Positions 39,517 through 49,198 of a stretch of DNA of 64,000 bases are shown here, one piece after another. Position numbers and translations under genes: made by a program. The first letter of the stretch is position 1. The number at the start of each line of letters is the position of its first letter. Source of the stretch: Minisyncoccota bacterium (GTDB lineage Bacteria > Patescibacteriota > Minisyncoccia > Phycocordibacterales > UBA6065); the NCBI GenBank assembly GCA_041661645.1, contig JBAZUA010000001.1, positions 45,618 through 109,617 on the forward strand. The letters are read 5' to 3'. A model generated the notes under the pieces. It was not told the DNA's origin, ran no database searches, and saw only the letters and a list, made by a program, of their open reading frames with translations.

Positions 39517-40521
39517 TTATCGCCTCGGTTTGCGGGCGATCGCTGCCTTTGCCGCGGCCTTTATATGCGAGGATCCCATGCCGTAATGCTCGACGAGCTC
39601 GGACGGGGTTCCCGACTGTCCGAACCTGTCATGGACGCCGATGAACTCGATCGGCACGGGACATTTTGCCGCGAGGAGCTCGGCAACGGCACTACCCATG
39701 CCTCCCGCCACCTGATGCTCTTCGGCGGTGACGATGGCGCCGGCCTCCTTTGCCGCGCGGACGATAGCCTCCTCATCGAGGGGCTTTATGGTGGCGAGAT
39801 TGATGACGCGTACCCCGATTTTCTCCCTTTCGAGTTCGCGCGCGGCGACGAGTGCCTTGTGAACCAAGGCGCCCGTGGCGATGATGGCGACATCAGGCTT
39901 GCCTGTTATGGGCTCGAAGAAGGTCTGTGCCTTCCCTATCGCAAACGGCGACGCATCGGTGGTCATGACAGGCGTCTTGTCGCGAATGAGACGTATGTAA
40001 ACGGGTTTGTCGGTCTTTGCCGTGGCGAGGGTCGCCTTGCGGGCCTCGATCGAGTCGCAGGGAGATATGACGGTCATGTTCGGCATGGCGCGCATGAGGG
40101 CGATGTCCTCGATGGCCTGATGGGTTCCCCCGTCGGGGCCGACCGATATGCCGGCATGGGAGCCGACTATTTTTACCGGCACGTCATTGTACGCGATGGT
40201 GGTGCGTATCTGCTCCCAGTTTCGTCCGGGCGAGAACATGGCATACGAGGTTATGAAGGGAATCTTCCCCATCGCAGCCATTCCCGAGGCGACGGTGGCA
40301 AGATTCTGCTCGGCCACGCCCATCTGGACGAAGCGCTTGGGGAACTTGTCGCGAAAGAGATTCATCTGGGTCGAGTCCGTGAGGTCGGCGCAGAGCCCGA
40401 CAACGTTATCATCCGCCTCACCCGCCGCCAAAAGCCCAAGGCCGAACCCTTTGCGTATCGGCACCTGTTCGACGTCCTTGTCGAATAGCTTTGGATTGAG
40501 TTTTTGTGAGGGGCTGAGCAT
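39517..40521 (-). CDS. transketolase, C-terminal (pyrimidine-binding) subunit
   Basis: GVAEQN, GPDGGTHQAIED, IKPLD, EEHQ..GG. Confidence 0.93.
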   Translation of the reverse strand: MLSPSQKLNPKLFDKDVEQVPIRKGFGLGLLAAGEADDNVVGLCADLTDSTQMNLFRDKFPKRFVQMGVAEQNLATVASGMAAMGKIPFITSYAMFSPGRNWEQIRTTIAYNDVPVKIVGSHAGISVGPDGGTHQAIEDIALMRAMPNMTVISPCDSIEARKATLATAKTDKPVYIRLIRDKTPVMTTDASPFAIGKAQTFFEPITGKPDVAIIATGALVHKALVAARELEREKIGVRVINLATIKPLDEEAIVRAAKEAGAIVTAEEHQVAGGMGSAVAELLAAKCPVPIEFIGVHDRFGQSGTPSELVEHYGMGSSHIKAAAKAAIARKPRR

Positions 40522-40555
40522 AAAGCCTTTTTATTATACCATCACCGCCCGAGGC

Positions 40556-40804
40556 CTATAGGATAATCTTCACGAGCGCGACGAGGCCGACAATGATCCA
40601 CACGACGTTAAGCGTCGCGGGCTGATAGTTCTTCTTGTGCACGGAGACGACGAAGATGCCGAGCGCCGCGGTTATGTTTATGAGCTGATATGTCAGACCG
40701 TCGACGGAAAGGAATCCGAAGCTTGAGAGGGCGTATGCGGCGATCAGCCCGATCGCCCCATACCACCCGAACGCCTCGATGGCGATGTTTCTTTTATTGT
40801 TCAT
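40556..40804 (-). CDS. small membrane protein (CBU_0592-like)
   Basis: GWYGAI..AY...YQLIN...LNVVW; three TMs. Confidence 0.7.
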   Translation of the reverse strand: MNNKRNIAIEAFGWYGAIGLIAAYALSSFGFLSVDGLTYQLINITAALGIFVVSVHKKNYQPATLNVVWIIVGLVALVKIIL

Positions 40805-40955
40805 TGTTTTTCTTAAGTAAGACCAGCCTCTCGTAGCACGCCTTGCAGACATGGTCCTTCTTGGCCATGCCGTTTGCGTCGGGAGCACTGAAAAGAAGCG
40901 CGCCGTAATCGACAAGCTCCTCTCCGCAGAAATCGCATGTGGGGTTTATTGCCAT
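40794..40955 (-). CDS. 53-aa C4 zinc-ribbon protein (missed by ORF track)
   Basis: MAINPTCDFCGEELVDYGALLFSAPDANGMAKKDHVCKACYERLVLLKKNNEQ*; abuts both neighbours. Confidence 0.7.
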   Translation of the reverse strand: MAINPTCDFCGEELVDYGALLFSAPDANGMAKKDHVCKACYERLVLLKKNNEQ

Positions 40956-40956
40956 A

Positions 40957-41268
40957 TTATAGAATCTTAGATCTCGCCTGTTCCACCCTCATCCTCCTCA
41001 ACCTTCGTAAGACGAATATGTTACGGATTATCGAATAGAACGCGGCGGCGAAGGATATGAGGATCAGGGGCGCGAAGACTGGAATCGGCGACATGTTCCT
41101 GAATTTTGTGAAAAGCTCCCCATTTCCATGCGTCACGGCCACGTAGACTAAAGCGGCAATGAATCCAGCACTGTAGATTATCAACAAGGAAAGGATAACT
41201 CGCTGCGGCCACCTCACTATTTTGAAGGGCTTTATGACGGCGCCCGCATTTGTGTTCGTAGGTATCAT
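40957..41268 (-). CDS. two-TM hypothetical protein
   Basis: ATGA-coupled to the transketolase N-subunit. Confidence 0.6.
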   Translation of the reverse strand: MIPTNTNAGAVIKPFKIVRWPQRVILSLLIIYSAGFIAALVYVAVTHGNGELFTKFRNMSPIPVFAPLILISFAAAFYSIIRNIFVLRRLRRMRVEQARSKIL

Positions 41269-42116
41269 ATGTGTGATTTCGCCTCCCTCAATTCGCGCAG
41301 GGCCATCTCCCCTTCCTCCTTGCTCGGCGGCTTGCCGTGCCATTCGTACTTGTGCTCGAACTCGGCGACGCCCTTGCCCGGTATGGTATGGGCCATGATG
41401 CAGGTCGGCCTCTCGAAGGTCGCGCGGGCCCTCTCGAAGGCGTCGGCTATTTCCTCCATGTTGTGCCCGTCTATCTCGATGACGTTCCAGCCGAAGGTGA
41501 TGTACTTGTTCACGAACGGCTCAAGGGGCATGATGTCCTCAGTGTTGCCGTCTATCTGTATGTTATTGCGGTCCACGACGCAGACGAGGTTACCCAGCTT
41601 CTCCTTGCCCGCAAGCATTATGGCTTCCCAGGTATTACCCTCGTCATGCTCGCCGTCGGAGGTCAGGCAATAGATGCGCCTTGACGTCGACTTGCCGCTA
41701 TCGATCCTGTCGGCGAGGGCCATGCCCACGGCCTGGGAGAGGCCCGAGCCGAGCGGTCCGGACGAGGTCTCGAGCATCGGGAGGAAATCCCGATGCGGGT
41801 GCCCCTGCAGGCGAGAGCCGAATTTACGCAGGGTCAGAAGCTCCTCCACCGGAAAGTATCCCGCATGGGCCATGCTCGAATAGAGGACCGGGCAGATGTG
41901 GCCGTTCGAGAGGACGAGCCTGTCACGGCCGTCCCATTTCGGATTCTTCGGATCATGCTTGAGGGTGTGAAAATAGAGCACGGTGAAGATATCCGCCATG
42001 CCGAGAGGCCCAGCGGTGTGTCCCGAACCCGCCTCTACGAGCATCTCTATGATCGACTGGCGAATATCATTCGCCTGAAGCTCGAGGTCCCGTGTCTTTT
42101 TGCTTGAGAGGGCCAT
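41265..42116 (-). CDS. transketolase, N-terminal (TPP-binding) subunit
   Basis: GSGH, DRLVLSNGH, LQGHP, SGPLGSGLS, SDGE.DEG..WEA. Confidence 0.95.
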   Translation of the reverse strand: MALSSKKTRDLELQANDIRQSIIEMLVEAGSGHTAGPLGMADIFTVLYFHTLKHDPKNPKWDGRDRLVLSNGHICPVLYSSMAHAGYFPVEELLTLRKFGSRLQGHPHRDFLPMLETSSGPLGSGLSQAVGMALADRIDSGKSTSRRIYCLTSDGEHDEGNTWEAIMLAGKEKLGNLVCVVDRNNIQIDGNTEDIMPLEPFVNKYITFGWNVIEIDGHNMEEIADAFERARATFERPTCIMAHTIPGKGVAEFEHKYEWHGKPPSKEEGEMALRELREAKSHI

Positions 42117-42146
42117 TGAATGTATGTGATTATTCTATCACGCCGA

Positions 42147-42848
42147 CTAGAGCGCCTTGAACTGCTGAAGTGTCTCCAGGATGTTGTGCGAGGCGAACAG
42201 GGCCGATCCGACGACCAGCCTGTCAGCGCCGGCATCCACGAGCATCCTGCCCGTCTCGAGACTCACTCCCCCGTCAACGGATATGACGAGGTTGGGATGG
42301 GCCAGCCTCAATGCCGAGATGAGCGCAAGCGAACGCGGGTCGAAAGGCTGGCCCTGATGTCCGACCTTGGCTATGCCCATGACCTGGACGAAATGGATCT
42401 GTTCGACGATGCCGGCGACGATGCCCGCATCGGCGGTGCTGTCGAGGGCGATGCCGAGCTCGATGTCGAACGGTCCGAGCTCCTCGGACTTTTTTCCAAA
42501 GTCAGCCAAGATACCCTCGAGCTCCTCGTCAGTGACGCTTGCCCTATGCACGACGATGCGCGAGGCACCAGCCGATATGAAGTCGGGGATCTTCCCTTGA
42601 ACGTATTTGGTCATGAGGTCGAACTCGATGTTGGCATCCTCCCAGTGAGGGAGCGCCCGATTCTGGTCAATGATGTCCTGGAATATGTCGTCATGATCAC
42701 CCTTGAGGTACGGCCAGGTGCGCGATGACGTGTATCCGCCGTCGCAGACGTCCACCTGTACCACAGGCGCGTGCGCGGCGATGAGCTCGAGCTTTTCCTC
42801 GAGCTCGGCATATGACTTTGGGAGTATCGCTGGGATGATTTCGGCCAT
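42147..42848 (-). CDS. rpe: ribulose-phosphate 3-epimerase
   Basis: IIPAIL, QVDVCDG, VMGI..G..GQPF, SVDGGV, VVGSALF. Confidence 0.88.
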   Translation of the reverse strand: MAEIIPAILPKSYAELEEKLELIAAHAPVVQVDVCDGGYTSSRTWPYLKGDHDDIFQDIIDQNRALPHWEDANIEFDLMTKYVQGKIPDFISAGASRIVVHRASVTDEELEGILADFGKKSEELGPFDIELGIALDSTADAGIVAGIVEQIHFVQVMGIAKVGHQGQPFDPRSLALISALRLAHPNLVISVDGGVSLETGRMLVDAGADRLVVGSALFASHNILETLQQFKAL

Positions 42849-42873
42849 GGGATTTGATGCGCCTCTCGCGGGG

Positions 42874-43329
42874 TTACTGGTGAATTATGTTATAGAGCTT
42901 CTGTATGCGCCTCTTGTGCCTCTCGTCGCCCGAGAAGGCCGTGCCGATCCACAGCGTTGTGGCCCTAAGGGCCTCTTCAGGCGATAGGAACCTCGCCCCG
43001 AGGGCGAGGACGTTCGCGTCGTTGTGCTCGCGCGACAGCTTCACAATGTCCATATTGCCGCCATAATAGACCGCTGCCCTGACACCATAGAACTTGTTGG
43101 CGCAGATGGCCTCACCCTGCCCAGACCCGCCGATGACGATGCCCCTGACGAGGCTCGGCTGATGCGAGACCTCCTTGGCGACGAGAGAGATGAAATCGGG
43201 ATAGTCGTCCTCGGCATCATAAGATTTCGCGCCAAGGTCACGCACGTCATGTCCCTCAAGGGAGAGCCTCTCGAGGAGGAATCTCTTCAGCTCGAAACCG
43301 GCATGGTCGCTTGCGATGAATATCTTCAT
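42874..43329 (-). CDS. rpiB: ribose-5-phosphate isomerase B
   Basis: ASDHAGF, DDYPD, GGSGQG, REHNDANVL, RHKRRI. Confidence 0.93.
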   Translation of the reverse strand: MKIFIASDHAGFELKRFLLERLSLEGHDVRDLGAKSYDAEDDYPDFISLVAKEVSHQPSLVRGIVIGGSGQGEAICANKFYGVRAAVYYGGNMDIVKLSREHNDANVLALGARFLSPEEALRATTLWIGTAFSGDERHKRRIQKLYNIIHQ

Positions 43330-43454
43330 ATCTCCGTTATTCTACCATGTGCATAACTCGATGGAAAACGACTCCCGACAGGCAGATACTTATACGAGGA
43401 AACTCTCTCGGTCCACCATCACCCCAACCCCATACCCCTCGAGGAGTCAGCACA

Positions 43455-43940
43455 ATGAAACACATAGCCGTCCAGGCCATCGTCCTGCTGTTGCTTGTCT
43501 TCGCGGCAGATCTTCACGGATCAGCCGCCGACCACGCCCGCCAGTCATTCAGCTACAACCCCAACGCCCGCACAACTTCCGTCGACGATTCGACGCCTCC
43601 CGCGCCCGAGACCCTGCTGTATGTCCGCGAGGCCATACAGAGAGACCTCGCCGCCCGCTTCGCGCCGAAGACCGTCAAACCCGACGTTCTCGATGCCTTG
43701 GATAGATTCACCTTCGTGTCCAACCTGCAAGAGGACAGCATCCTGAGTGGCCTCATAGACAAGATCAACCTGGTCAACAACGCATACAAGGACATGAGGG
43801 CAGGTTTCGACGCCAACTTCATGGGAGCATCCTTCACTGTGTATGCGAGGTCAAAGATAATCTGGAACATCGGCCATGCAAAGACTATCGAGATAAAGTA
43901 CGCTGGCGAAAAGTCGCTCAGCTTCGTGTACTCGTTCTGA
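43455..43940 (+). CDS. secreted orphan protein ending in YSF
   Basis: SD GAGGAG, signal peptide, beta-rich C-terminus; terminator 43960-43990. Confidence 0.65.
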   Translation: MKHIAVQAIVLLLLVFAADLHGSAADHARQSFSYNPNARTTSVDDSTPPAPETLLYVREAIQRDLAARFAPKTVKPDVLDALDRFTFVSNLQEDSILSGLIDKINLVNNAYKDMRAGFDANFMGASFTVYARSKIIWNIGHAKTIEIKYAGEKSLSFVYSF

Positions 43941-44018
43941 CATCCACGGCCCGTCAGCAAAGCGCCCCGAAGTAATTCGGGGCGCTTTTTATGACTGAGG
44001 TGTTTAATATGGCCTATC

Positions 44019-44327
44019 CTATGAGCCTTTCTGGCCCTTGAGAATGATCTTCTCGTCGAAGCCGCCCCGCTCCTCCCTCTTCTTCTGCTGAATCGCCTCA
44101 ACATCGGAATATTCAGGGAGCCGTTTAAGGGCTTCGACTACCTCTATGACATCAGCCAGCTCTTCCACGTCACCGGCTTCCGAGAACTCCTGAATCTCTT
44201 CGCCCAACTTCTTTATCAGTTCGGCCTTGTATTCTTCGGGAGAGGCGATTCTCTTTTCGTAAGTGACGCCCTTCTCATCAAGAATCTCAGGGATCCTGTC
44301 CCTGACTAGTTTGTTGTAGCTTTCCAT
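44019..44327 (-). CDS. MazG-like nucleoside triphosphate pyrophosphohydrolase
   Basis: YNKLVRDRIPEI...KL.EE..E...EELAD...KREERGGF. Confidence 0.88.
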   Translation of the reverse strand: MESYNKLVRDRIPEILDEKGVTYEKRIASPEEYKAELIKKLGEEIQEFSEAGDVEELADVIEVVEALKRLPEYSDVEAIQQKKREERGGFDEKIILKGQKGS

Positions 44328-44329
44328 GA

Positions 44330-45370
44330 TTATTTTATGAGTCCCCCGGCCTTCACCACATGATCCACCAACGTGTAGGTGTACCCCATCTCATTGTCAT
44401 ACCAGGCGAGCACCTTGACGAGATCACCGTCGACGACTCGAGTGAACTCGAGGTCGACGATGGAGGCATGTCGGTTACCCTTGATGTCAGAGGACACCAG
44501 AGGCTCGTCAGAGACGGTGAATATCCCCTCCCATCGGGACTCCTTGGCTGCGGCGCTCAAGATGGCGTTGACCTCCTCGGCACTGGTCTTTCGCTTTGCC
44601 ACGAAGGTAACGTCGACGATGGAGCCCACGACGACGGGGACGCGAATCGACACGCCGTCGAACTTGCCGGCGAGCTGAGGAAGCGCCTTGGTTACGGCAA
44701 TCGCGGCACCGGTAGAAGACGGAACGATGTTCATGGCCGCCGCCCTGCCCTCTCGCAAATCCTTCTTTGAGGGACCGTCGACGAGAGCCTGGCTCGCCGT
44801 GTAGGCGTGCACGGTGTTGAGGATGGCCTTCTGTATGCCGATCTTCTCGTCGAGTATGGCGATGAGGGGCGATCCCGCGTTCGTGGTGCATGAGGCATTC
44901 GAGGTGATCGGACAGGTGCCGAACCCCTCCTCGTTCAGGCCCATGAGTATGGTCGCGGCGGCCGTGGATCCCGGCTCGTCCTTTGCGGGAGCCGATATGA
45001 CGACGTGCTTTGCGCCCGCATCGAGGTGAACCTTGGCCTTATCATAGCTCGTGAAGAGGCCGGTGCACTCGACGACGACGTCGATGTCGAGGGCCTTCCA
45101 CGGGAGCTTGGTCGGGTCCTTCTCCTGAACGAACGCGACGGACTTGCCATCGATGACGAGGGCCGATCCGTCGGCCTTTGCCTCGACCTCGAAGGGGGCG
45201 ATGCCGTAAGCGCTGTCGTATTTGAGGAGATAGGCGAGGTTGGCCGCGTTGCCGAGGTCGTTTATGGCAACGACCTCGATGTCCTTCCTCTCGCGGGCGA
45301 CCTTCACGAACGCCCTGCCTATCCTGCCGAAGCCGTTGATGGCTACCCGAATCTTCTTTGTGGTGAACAT
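44330..45370 (-). CDS. gap: glyceraldehyde-3-phosphate dehydrogenase type I
   Basis: INGFGRIGR, ASCTTN, WYDNE. Confidence 0.97.
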   Translation of the reverse strand: MFTTKKIRVAINGFGRIGRAFVKVARERKDIEVVAINDLGNAANLAYLLKYDSAYGIAPFEVEAKADGSALVIDGKSVAFVQEKDPTKLPWKALDIDVVVECTGLFTSYDKAKVHLDAGAKHVVISAPAKDEPGSTAAATILMGLNEEGFGTCPITSNASCTTNAGSPLIAILDEKIGIQKAILNTVHAYTASQALVDGPSKKDLREGRAAAMNIVPSSTGAAIAVTKALPQLAGKFDGVSIRVPVVVGSIVDVTFVAKRKTSAEEVNAILSAAAKESRWEGIFTVSDEPLVSSDIKGNRHASIVDLEFTRVVDGDLVKVLAWYDNEMGYTYTLVDHVVKAGGLIK

Positions 45371-45449
45371 GGTGTTGATATGGTTTAGATGGGAATAGTA
45401 TACCAGAGGATTAGGGAATCATGCCGCCCCGTGATAATCTTTTCAGACC

Positions 45450-46163
45450 ATGCAAAAGCCCACGACGCTTATGCCAGGACAGGAACGACTCGAGCGGGCC
45501 ATCGCCCACAAGGGGCTTGCCTCGAGGCGCGAGGCCAAGGCCCTCATCGTCAAGGGCGCGGTGTCGGTCAACGGCAGGATGGTGACGGAACCGGGCTTCG
45601 GCATACTGCCCGACACCGACGTCATCGAGATAGACGGCATCGACGCACTGGCAGACAAGCAATCATTCCTCGTCTACAAGCCCCGCGGCATCGAGACGAG
45701 CAAGACGAGCGCGTCATCGAGGGACCTTCACGACCAGTTCCCCGCCCTCGCCCGCCTCCATCCGATTGGCAGGCTCGACAAGGATTCGGAAGGACTCATC
45801 ATCATGTCGGATGACGGCGTCCTCGCCCGCGCCCTGACCAAGGTCGGCTCCACCGTCGGCAAAACCTATCTGGCCACCGTTCGCGAGCAGGTCACAGACA
45901 CGAGCCTCGGCAGGATGGCGCACGGCATCGTCATAGACGGCGTCATTACCCTTCCCGCCATCGTCAAACGCGCGTCGCGCACGTCATTTACCATCGAGCT
46001 CCACGAGGGCCGCAAGCATCAGATCAGACGCATGGCCGACCACTGCAAGCTCACCCTCGAATCCCTCGAGCGCGTGGGCATAGGGCATCTCGTCATCGGC
46101 ACTATGAAGCCAGGCAGTTCCCGCAAGATATCAGCCGAGGACATAGAGACACTCAAGGCATAG
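45450..46163 (+). CDS. rRNA pseudouridine synthase (RsuA/RluB family)
   Basis: S4 domain (SRREA), GRLDKDSEGL, EGRKHQIRRM. Confidence 0.93.
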   Translation: MQKPTTLMPGQERLERAIAHKGLASRREAKALIVKGAVSVNGRMVTEPGFGILPDTDVIEIDGIDALADKQSFLVYKPRGIETSKTSASSRDLHDQFPALARLHPIGRLDKDSEGLIIMSDDGVLARALTKVGSTVGKTYLATVREQVTDTSLGRMAHGIVIDGVITLPAIVKRASRTSFTIELHEGRKHQIRRMADHCKLTLESLERVGIGHLVIGTMKPGSSRKISAEDIETLKA

Positions 46164-46236
46164 CCAAAGCCACCCTCGCTTGACTTATAGATAAGTTACT
46201 ATAATATAGTACTATATATTAATAGCTGCCAAAGCC

Positions 46237-46458
46237 ATGACAACCATCACCATACCCATAAACGACAGCCTCAACGACTTCGTGAACGAACAGGTTAGGA
46301 TCGGCAACGCCTCGAGCAAGGCCGACCTGGTGAGACGCGCCATACAGAAGATGAAGGAGGATGAATTTGTGCAGATGGTTCTCGCCGCAAAAAGGGAGAT
46401 AAAGGATGGAAAGATCCTCAAGGGAGACTTGGACCAGCTGGCTAAGGGCTTCGAATAG
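46237..46458 (+). CDS. ribbon-helix-helix antitoxin
   Basis: TITIPI...SKADLVRRAI; directly upstream of the toxin; palindrome ACTTAT-ag-ATAAGT in the promoter. Confidence 0.75.
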   Translation: MTTITIPINDSLNDFVNEQVRIGNASSKADLVRRAIQKMKEDEFVQMVLAAKREIKDGKILKGDLDQLAKGFE

Positions 46459-46459
46459 C

Positions 46460-46720
46460 ATGCTGGAAATCCGATACGCGCCAAGCTTCGTGCGCATGTA
46501 CGCAAGACTCCCTGCCAGCCTCAAATCAGAGATTAAAGAGAAAATCTCGACATTCAGGGACAAGGGCAATCACGATGCGCTCAAGGTTCACAAGCTCAAA
46601 GGAAACCTTGAAAACACCTTTTCCTTTTCAGTCAATTATAAAATCAGGGTCATCTTCGAATACGAGGACAAGAAATCCGTCAACCTGCTTTTGGTCGGCG
46701 GACACGACAACGTATATTAA
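46460..46720 (+). CDS. RelE/YafQ-family mRNA interferase toxin
   Basis: Y.PSF.R...LKVHKLKG...SFSVNY.IRVIF...GGHD.VY. Confidence 0.82.
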   Translation: MLEIRYAPSFVRMYARLPASLKSEIKEKISTFRDKGNHDALKVHKLKGNLENTFSFSVNYKIRVIFEYEDKKSVNLLLVGGHDNVY

Positions 46721-46763
46721 AAAATCCCCGCACATGCGGGGATTTTTTATATCTTGGATTGTC

Positions 46764-47129
46764 TTATGCCGCTATCGAGGTGATGGCGACCTTGAAGAAA
46801 GGCTGCTTGTGTCCGTACTTCTTGAAGTACTTGCTCTTCTGCTTGTAGTGAACGACGACAACCTTTGGAAGGCGTCCGATCTCCTTGAGTTCGGCACCCA
46901 CCTTTGCGCCCTTTATCTCGGGAGCTCCGACAGTAGTCTCGCCAGCGGCGTCGATGAGGAGGACCTTGTCGAAGGAAAGCTTGTCGCCGACCTTGTACTC
47001 GCCGATGATCTTCTCGATCTTGAGCTCGTCGCCGACGCGGACCTGGTACTGCTTGCCGCCAGTCATGATGACTGCGAACGTCTCGTCAGAGGCGGTTTTT
47101 GTGGTCGTTTTTGCTTTAGTTGTAGCCAT
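46764..47129 (-). CDS. rplU: 50S ribosomal protein L21
   Basis: FAVIMTGGKQYQV..GD..KIEK...GHKQPF. Confidence 0.96.
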   Translation of the reverse strand: MATTKAKTTTKTASDETFAVIMTGGKQYQVRVGDELKIEKIIGEYKVGDKLSFDKVLLIDAAGETTVGAPEIKGAKVGAELKEIGRLPKVVVVHYKQKSKYFKKYGHKQPFFKVAITSIAA

Positions 47130-47210
47130 ATTTTTGAAAATAATAGAGCCCCAATTGGGCTTTAGTCCCGATAGTATTACATAACGGGGCAGAAAAGGCA
47201 ATATACCGCC

Positions 47211-48311
47211 CTATTCCTCCAATTCCGGCTTGTCCACCATGACGGGCTCGAGGCCCGCCGCCGTGCCCGTGATGCGCAGAACGTCCTTGTCCACCTTCTT
47301 GAGCTCCTTCGACGCGGACACGTACTGGTTCACCACGGTCGCAAGGTTGTTGCCGAGCTTGTTGTGGTACTCCTCGTAAGTCTTGAGGTGCTTGCCGAGC
47401 TCCTCGACCCTCTTGACGATGTCCTTGGCGGTTTCCTCGATCTGAAGGGCCTTGAGTCCCTGCAGCACGGTCTGAAGGTAGGCGAGGAAGGATGTCGGCG
47501 AGACGATGATGACCTTGTATTTGTTCGCGGCGCGCTGAATGAGATTGTCCGTGTCCTCGGTGATGGCGCCGATCTTGTTCACGAGCAGGTCATAGTAGAT
47601 TGCCTCGTGAGGTATGAACATGAAGGCAAAATCCATGGTGTCCTCGTTCGGCCTGATGTATTTTGCCGTCTCCTGTATGCGAAGCTTGAGGTCGTTCACG
47701 AAGGCCTTCTCGTAGCGCTCGCGGTCGGCCTCGTTCTTCTCGCCGATGACGCGATTGTAGTTCTCGAGGGAGAACTTGGAGTCGACGGGGATGATCTTGT
47801 CCTTGATGCGCACGATGGCGTCGACGATCTCGCCGTCCTTAAATGCATACTGCATCTGATATGAGCCGGGTGGAAGGACGTTCTTGAGCAGGGTCTCGAG
47901 ATAGTACTCGCCCAGCACCCCGCGCTGCTTGGGATTCTTGAGCATGTCCTGCAGGCCCTGAAGCTGGTCCGCGAATCCGACCATCTGCTTGCCGGTCTCC
48001 TCGACGCGAGTCACCTTCTCGGTCATGGACTTTATCTCCTGGATGAACTTCTCGATGTTGCGCTGCGAGTCCCCTGCCACCTTCTGCGACTCGTTGCGCT
48101 GGTCGCGCATGGACTCGCTTATGCTCCTGCTCGTCTCGCCGATCTTCTTGTCGACGGTTCGATTGAGCTCGTTCATCTGCTCGAGGAGGAGCTTCATGGC
48201 GACGTCGTCCTTTGGCGCTTCCGTCGGTTTCTTTCGCAGGACGAAAAACAGAATCGCGCCGTTGATGGCGGCGAGGATGAGGCCGAAGAGGACGATGGTC
48301 GCTGTTTGCAT
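47211..48311 (-). CDS. rmuC: DNA recombination protein RmuC
   Basis: TM anchor, coiled coil, KQRGVLGE, VDSKF, KYI..T.DFAFMFIP.EA. Confidence 0.92.
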   Translation of the reverse strand: MQTATIVLFGLILAAINGAILFFVLRKKPTEAPKDDVAMKLLLEQMNELNRTVDKKIGETSRSISESMRDQRNESQKVAGDSQRNIEKFIQEIKSMTEKVTRVEETGKQMVGFADQLQGLQDMLKNPKQRGVLGEYYLETLLKNVLPPGSYQMQYAFKDGEIVDAIVRIKDKIIPVDSKFSLENYNRVIGEKNEADRERYEKAFVNDLKLRIQETAKYIRPNEDTMDFAFMFIPHEAIYYDLLVNKIGAITEDTDNLIQRAANKYKVIIVSPTSFLAYLQTVLQGLKALQIEETAKDIVKRVEELGKHLKTYEEYHNKLGNNLATVVNQYVSASKELKKVDKDVLRITGTAAGLEPVMVDKPELEE

Positions 48312-48330
48312 GGGGTAAGTATATCATCGC

Positions 48331-48412
48331 TTGCCGACATGCGGCAAAAATGCTATATTGCATGTGACAGAAGGGACTCACTGCTAATGCGGGGGGTCCC
48401 TTTGTCTCTATT
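48331..48412 (+). ncRNA. candidate DUF3800-associated RNA hairpin (includes its promoter)
   Basis: TTGCCG-17-TATATT, then hairpin GACAGAAGGGAC...GTCCCTTTGTC (48366-48406) convergent on the DUF3800 gene. Confidence 0.55.
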
Positions 48413-48425
48413 TATTTGAAACACG

Positions 48426-49157
48426 CTATCTCAAGCGAGGAAATGTCGTCGACGCAACCACCCTCGCCTCGGCCAAGGCTGGGTCAAGGTCATTGTTTTT
48501 CATCTTTGCGCCCTTGCCCAGACGAAATCTCATGATAGTCGCGAGAAGAAGATCCATCGCCTGAAGACCATTGACGTTCTCGCTCTTTGCGACGAGCCTC
48601 AGCCTCGTCCTTGCAACCACAGACTCAGAGGGATAGGAGTGTATTCCGACCCTCGAAAGCCTCTCGTACTCCGAGAGAAGCTCGGCATCAAGCTCCCTGC
48701 CTCTTTTCTCGGCATATATCTCATTCACCTTTCCCCCATTGCCCATAATACGATTAAGGAGATTCTCGAAAGAGAAATGATACGGATCCATAGGGTACTG
48801 ATACTTGTCCCTCATAGCCTCTTTTCGAACAACGCACAGGGCAATCTTAAAATCAATCACCCTCATAATCCGATTATCAAATGCCCTGTAGAACTCGGCA
48901 CGCCTCTCTGGATCGAGCATGGGCGAGTTTCGAGGGTCGCTTCGCTTGTCATACGGTCTCTTGAGTTCCGAGGAATGAAGCACGAATGTGCCATCATCGC
49001 CAAAAAACTCCCTCTTGAGGAATTTCACCTCTGCATCGAGCGCCAGATATTGATCATCTGATATCAAAAGCGCCCCAAGAGCAAAGATCGGGTACTGGGC
49101 ATCAATATGGTCAAGGTCATGGTCCCCCGTTTCATCAATGAAGACGCGCATCGACAC
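48426..49157 (-). CDS. DUF3800 domain protein
   Basis: N-terminal FIDETGD and C-terminal GLQAMDL (DExG / QxxD motifs). Confidence 0.82.
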   Translation of the reverse strand: MSMRVFIDETGDHDLDHIDAQYPIFALGALLISDDQYLALDAEVKFLKREFFGDDGTFVLHSSELKRPYDKRSDPRNSPMLDPERRAEFYRAFDNRIMRVIDFKIALCVVRKEAMRDKYQYPMDPYHFSFENLLNRIMGNGGKVNEIYAEKRGRELDAELLSEYERLSRVGIHSYPSESVVARTRLRLVAKSENVNGLQAMDLLLATIMRFRLGKGAKMKNNDLDPALAEARVVASTTFPRLR

Positions 49158-49198
49158 ATCCTAGCAAAAGACCGATAAAGATATGCTAAAATATCCTC

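Noticed and set aside
46237-46720. RHH + RelE/YafQ pair as a novel system
   Set aside because: An ordinary type II toxin-antitoxin layout.
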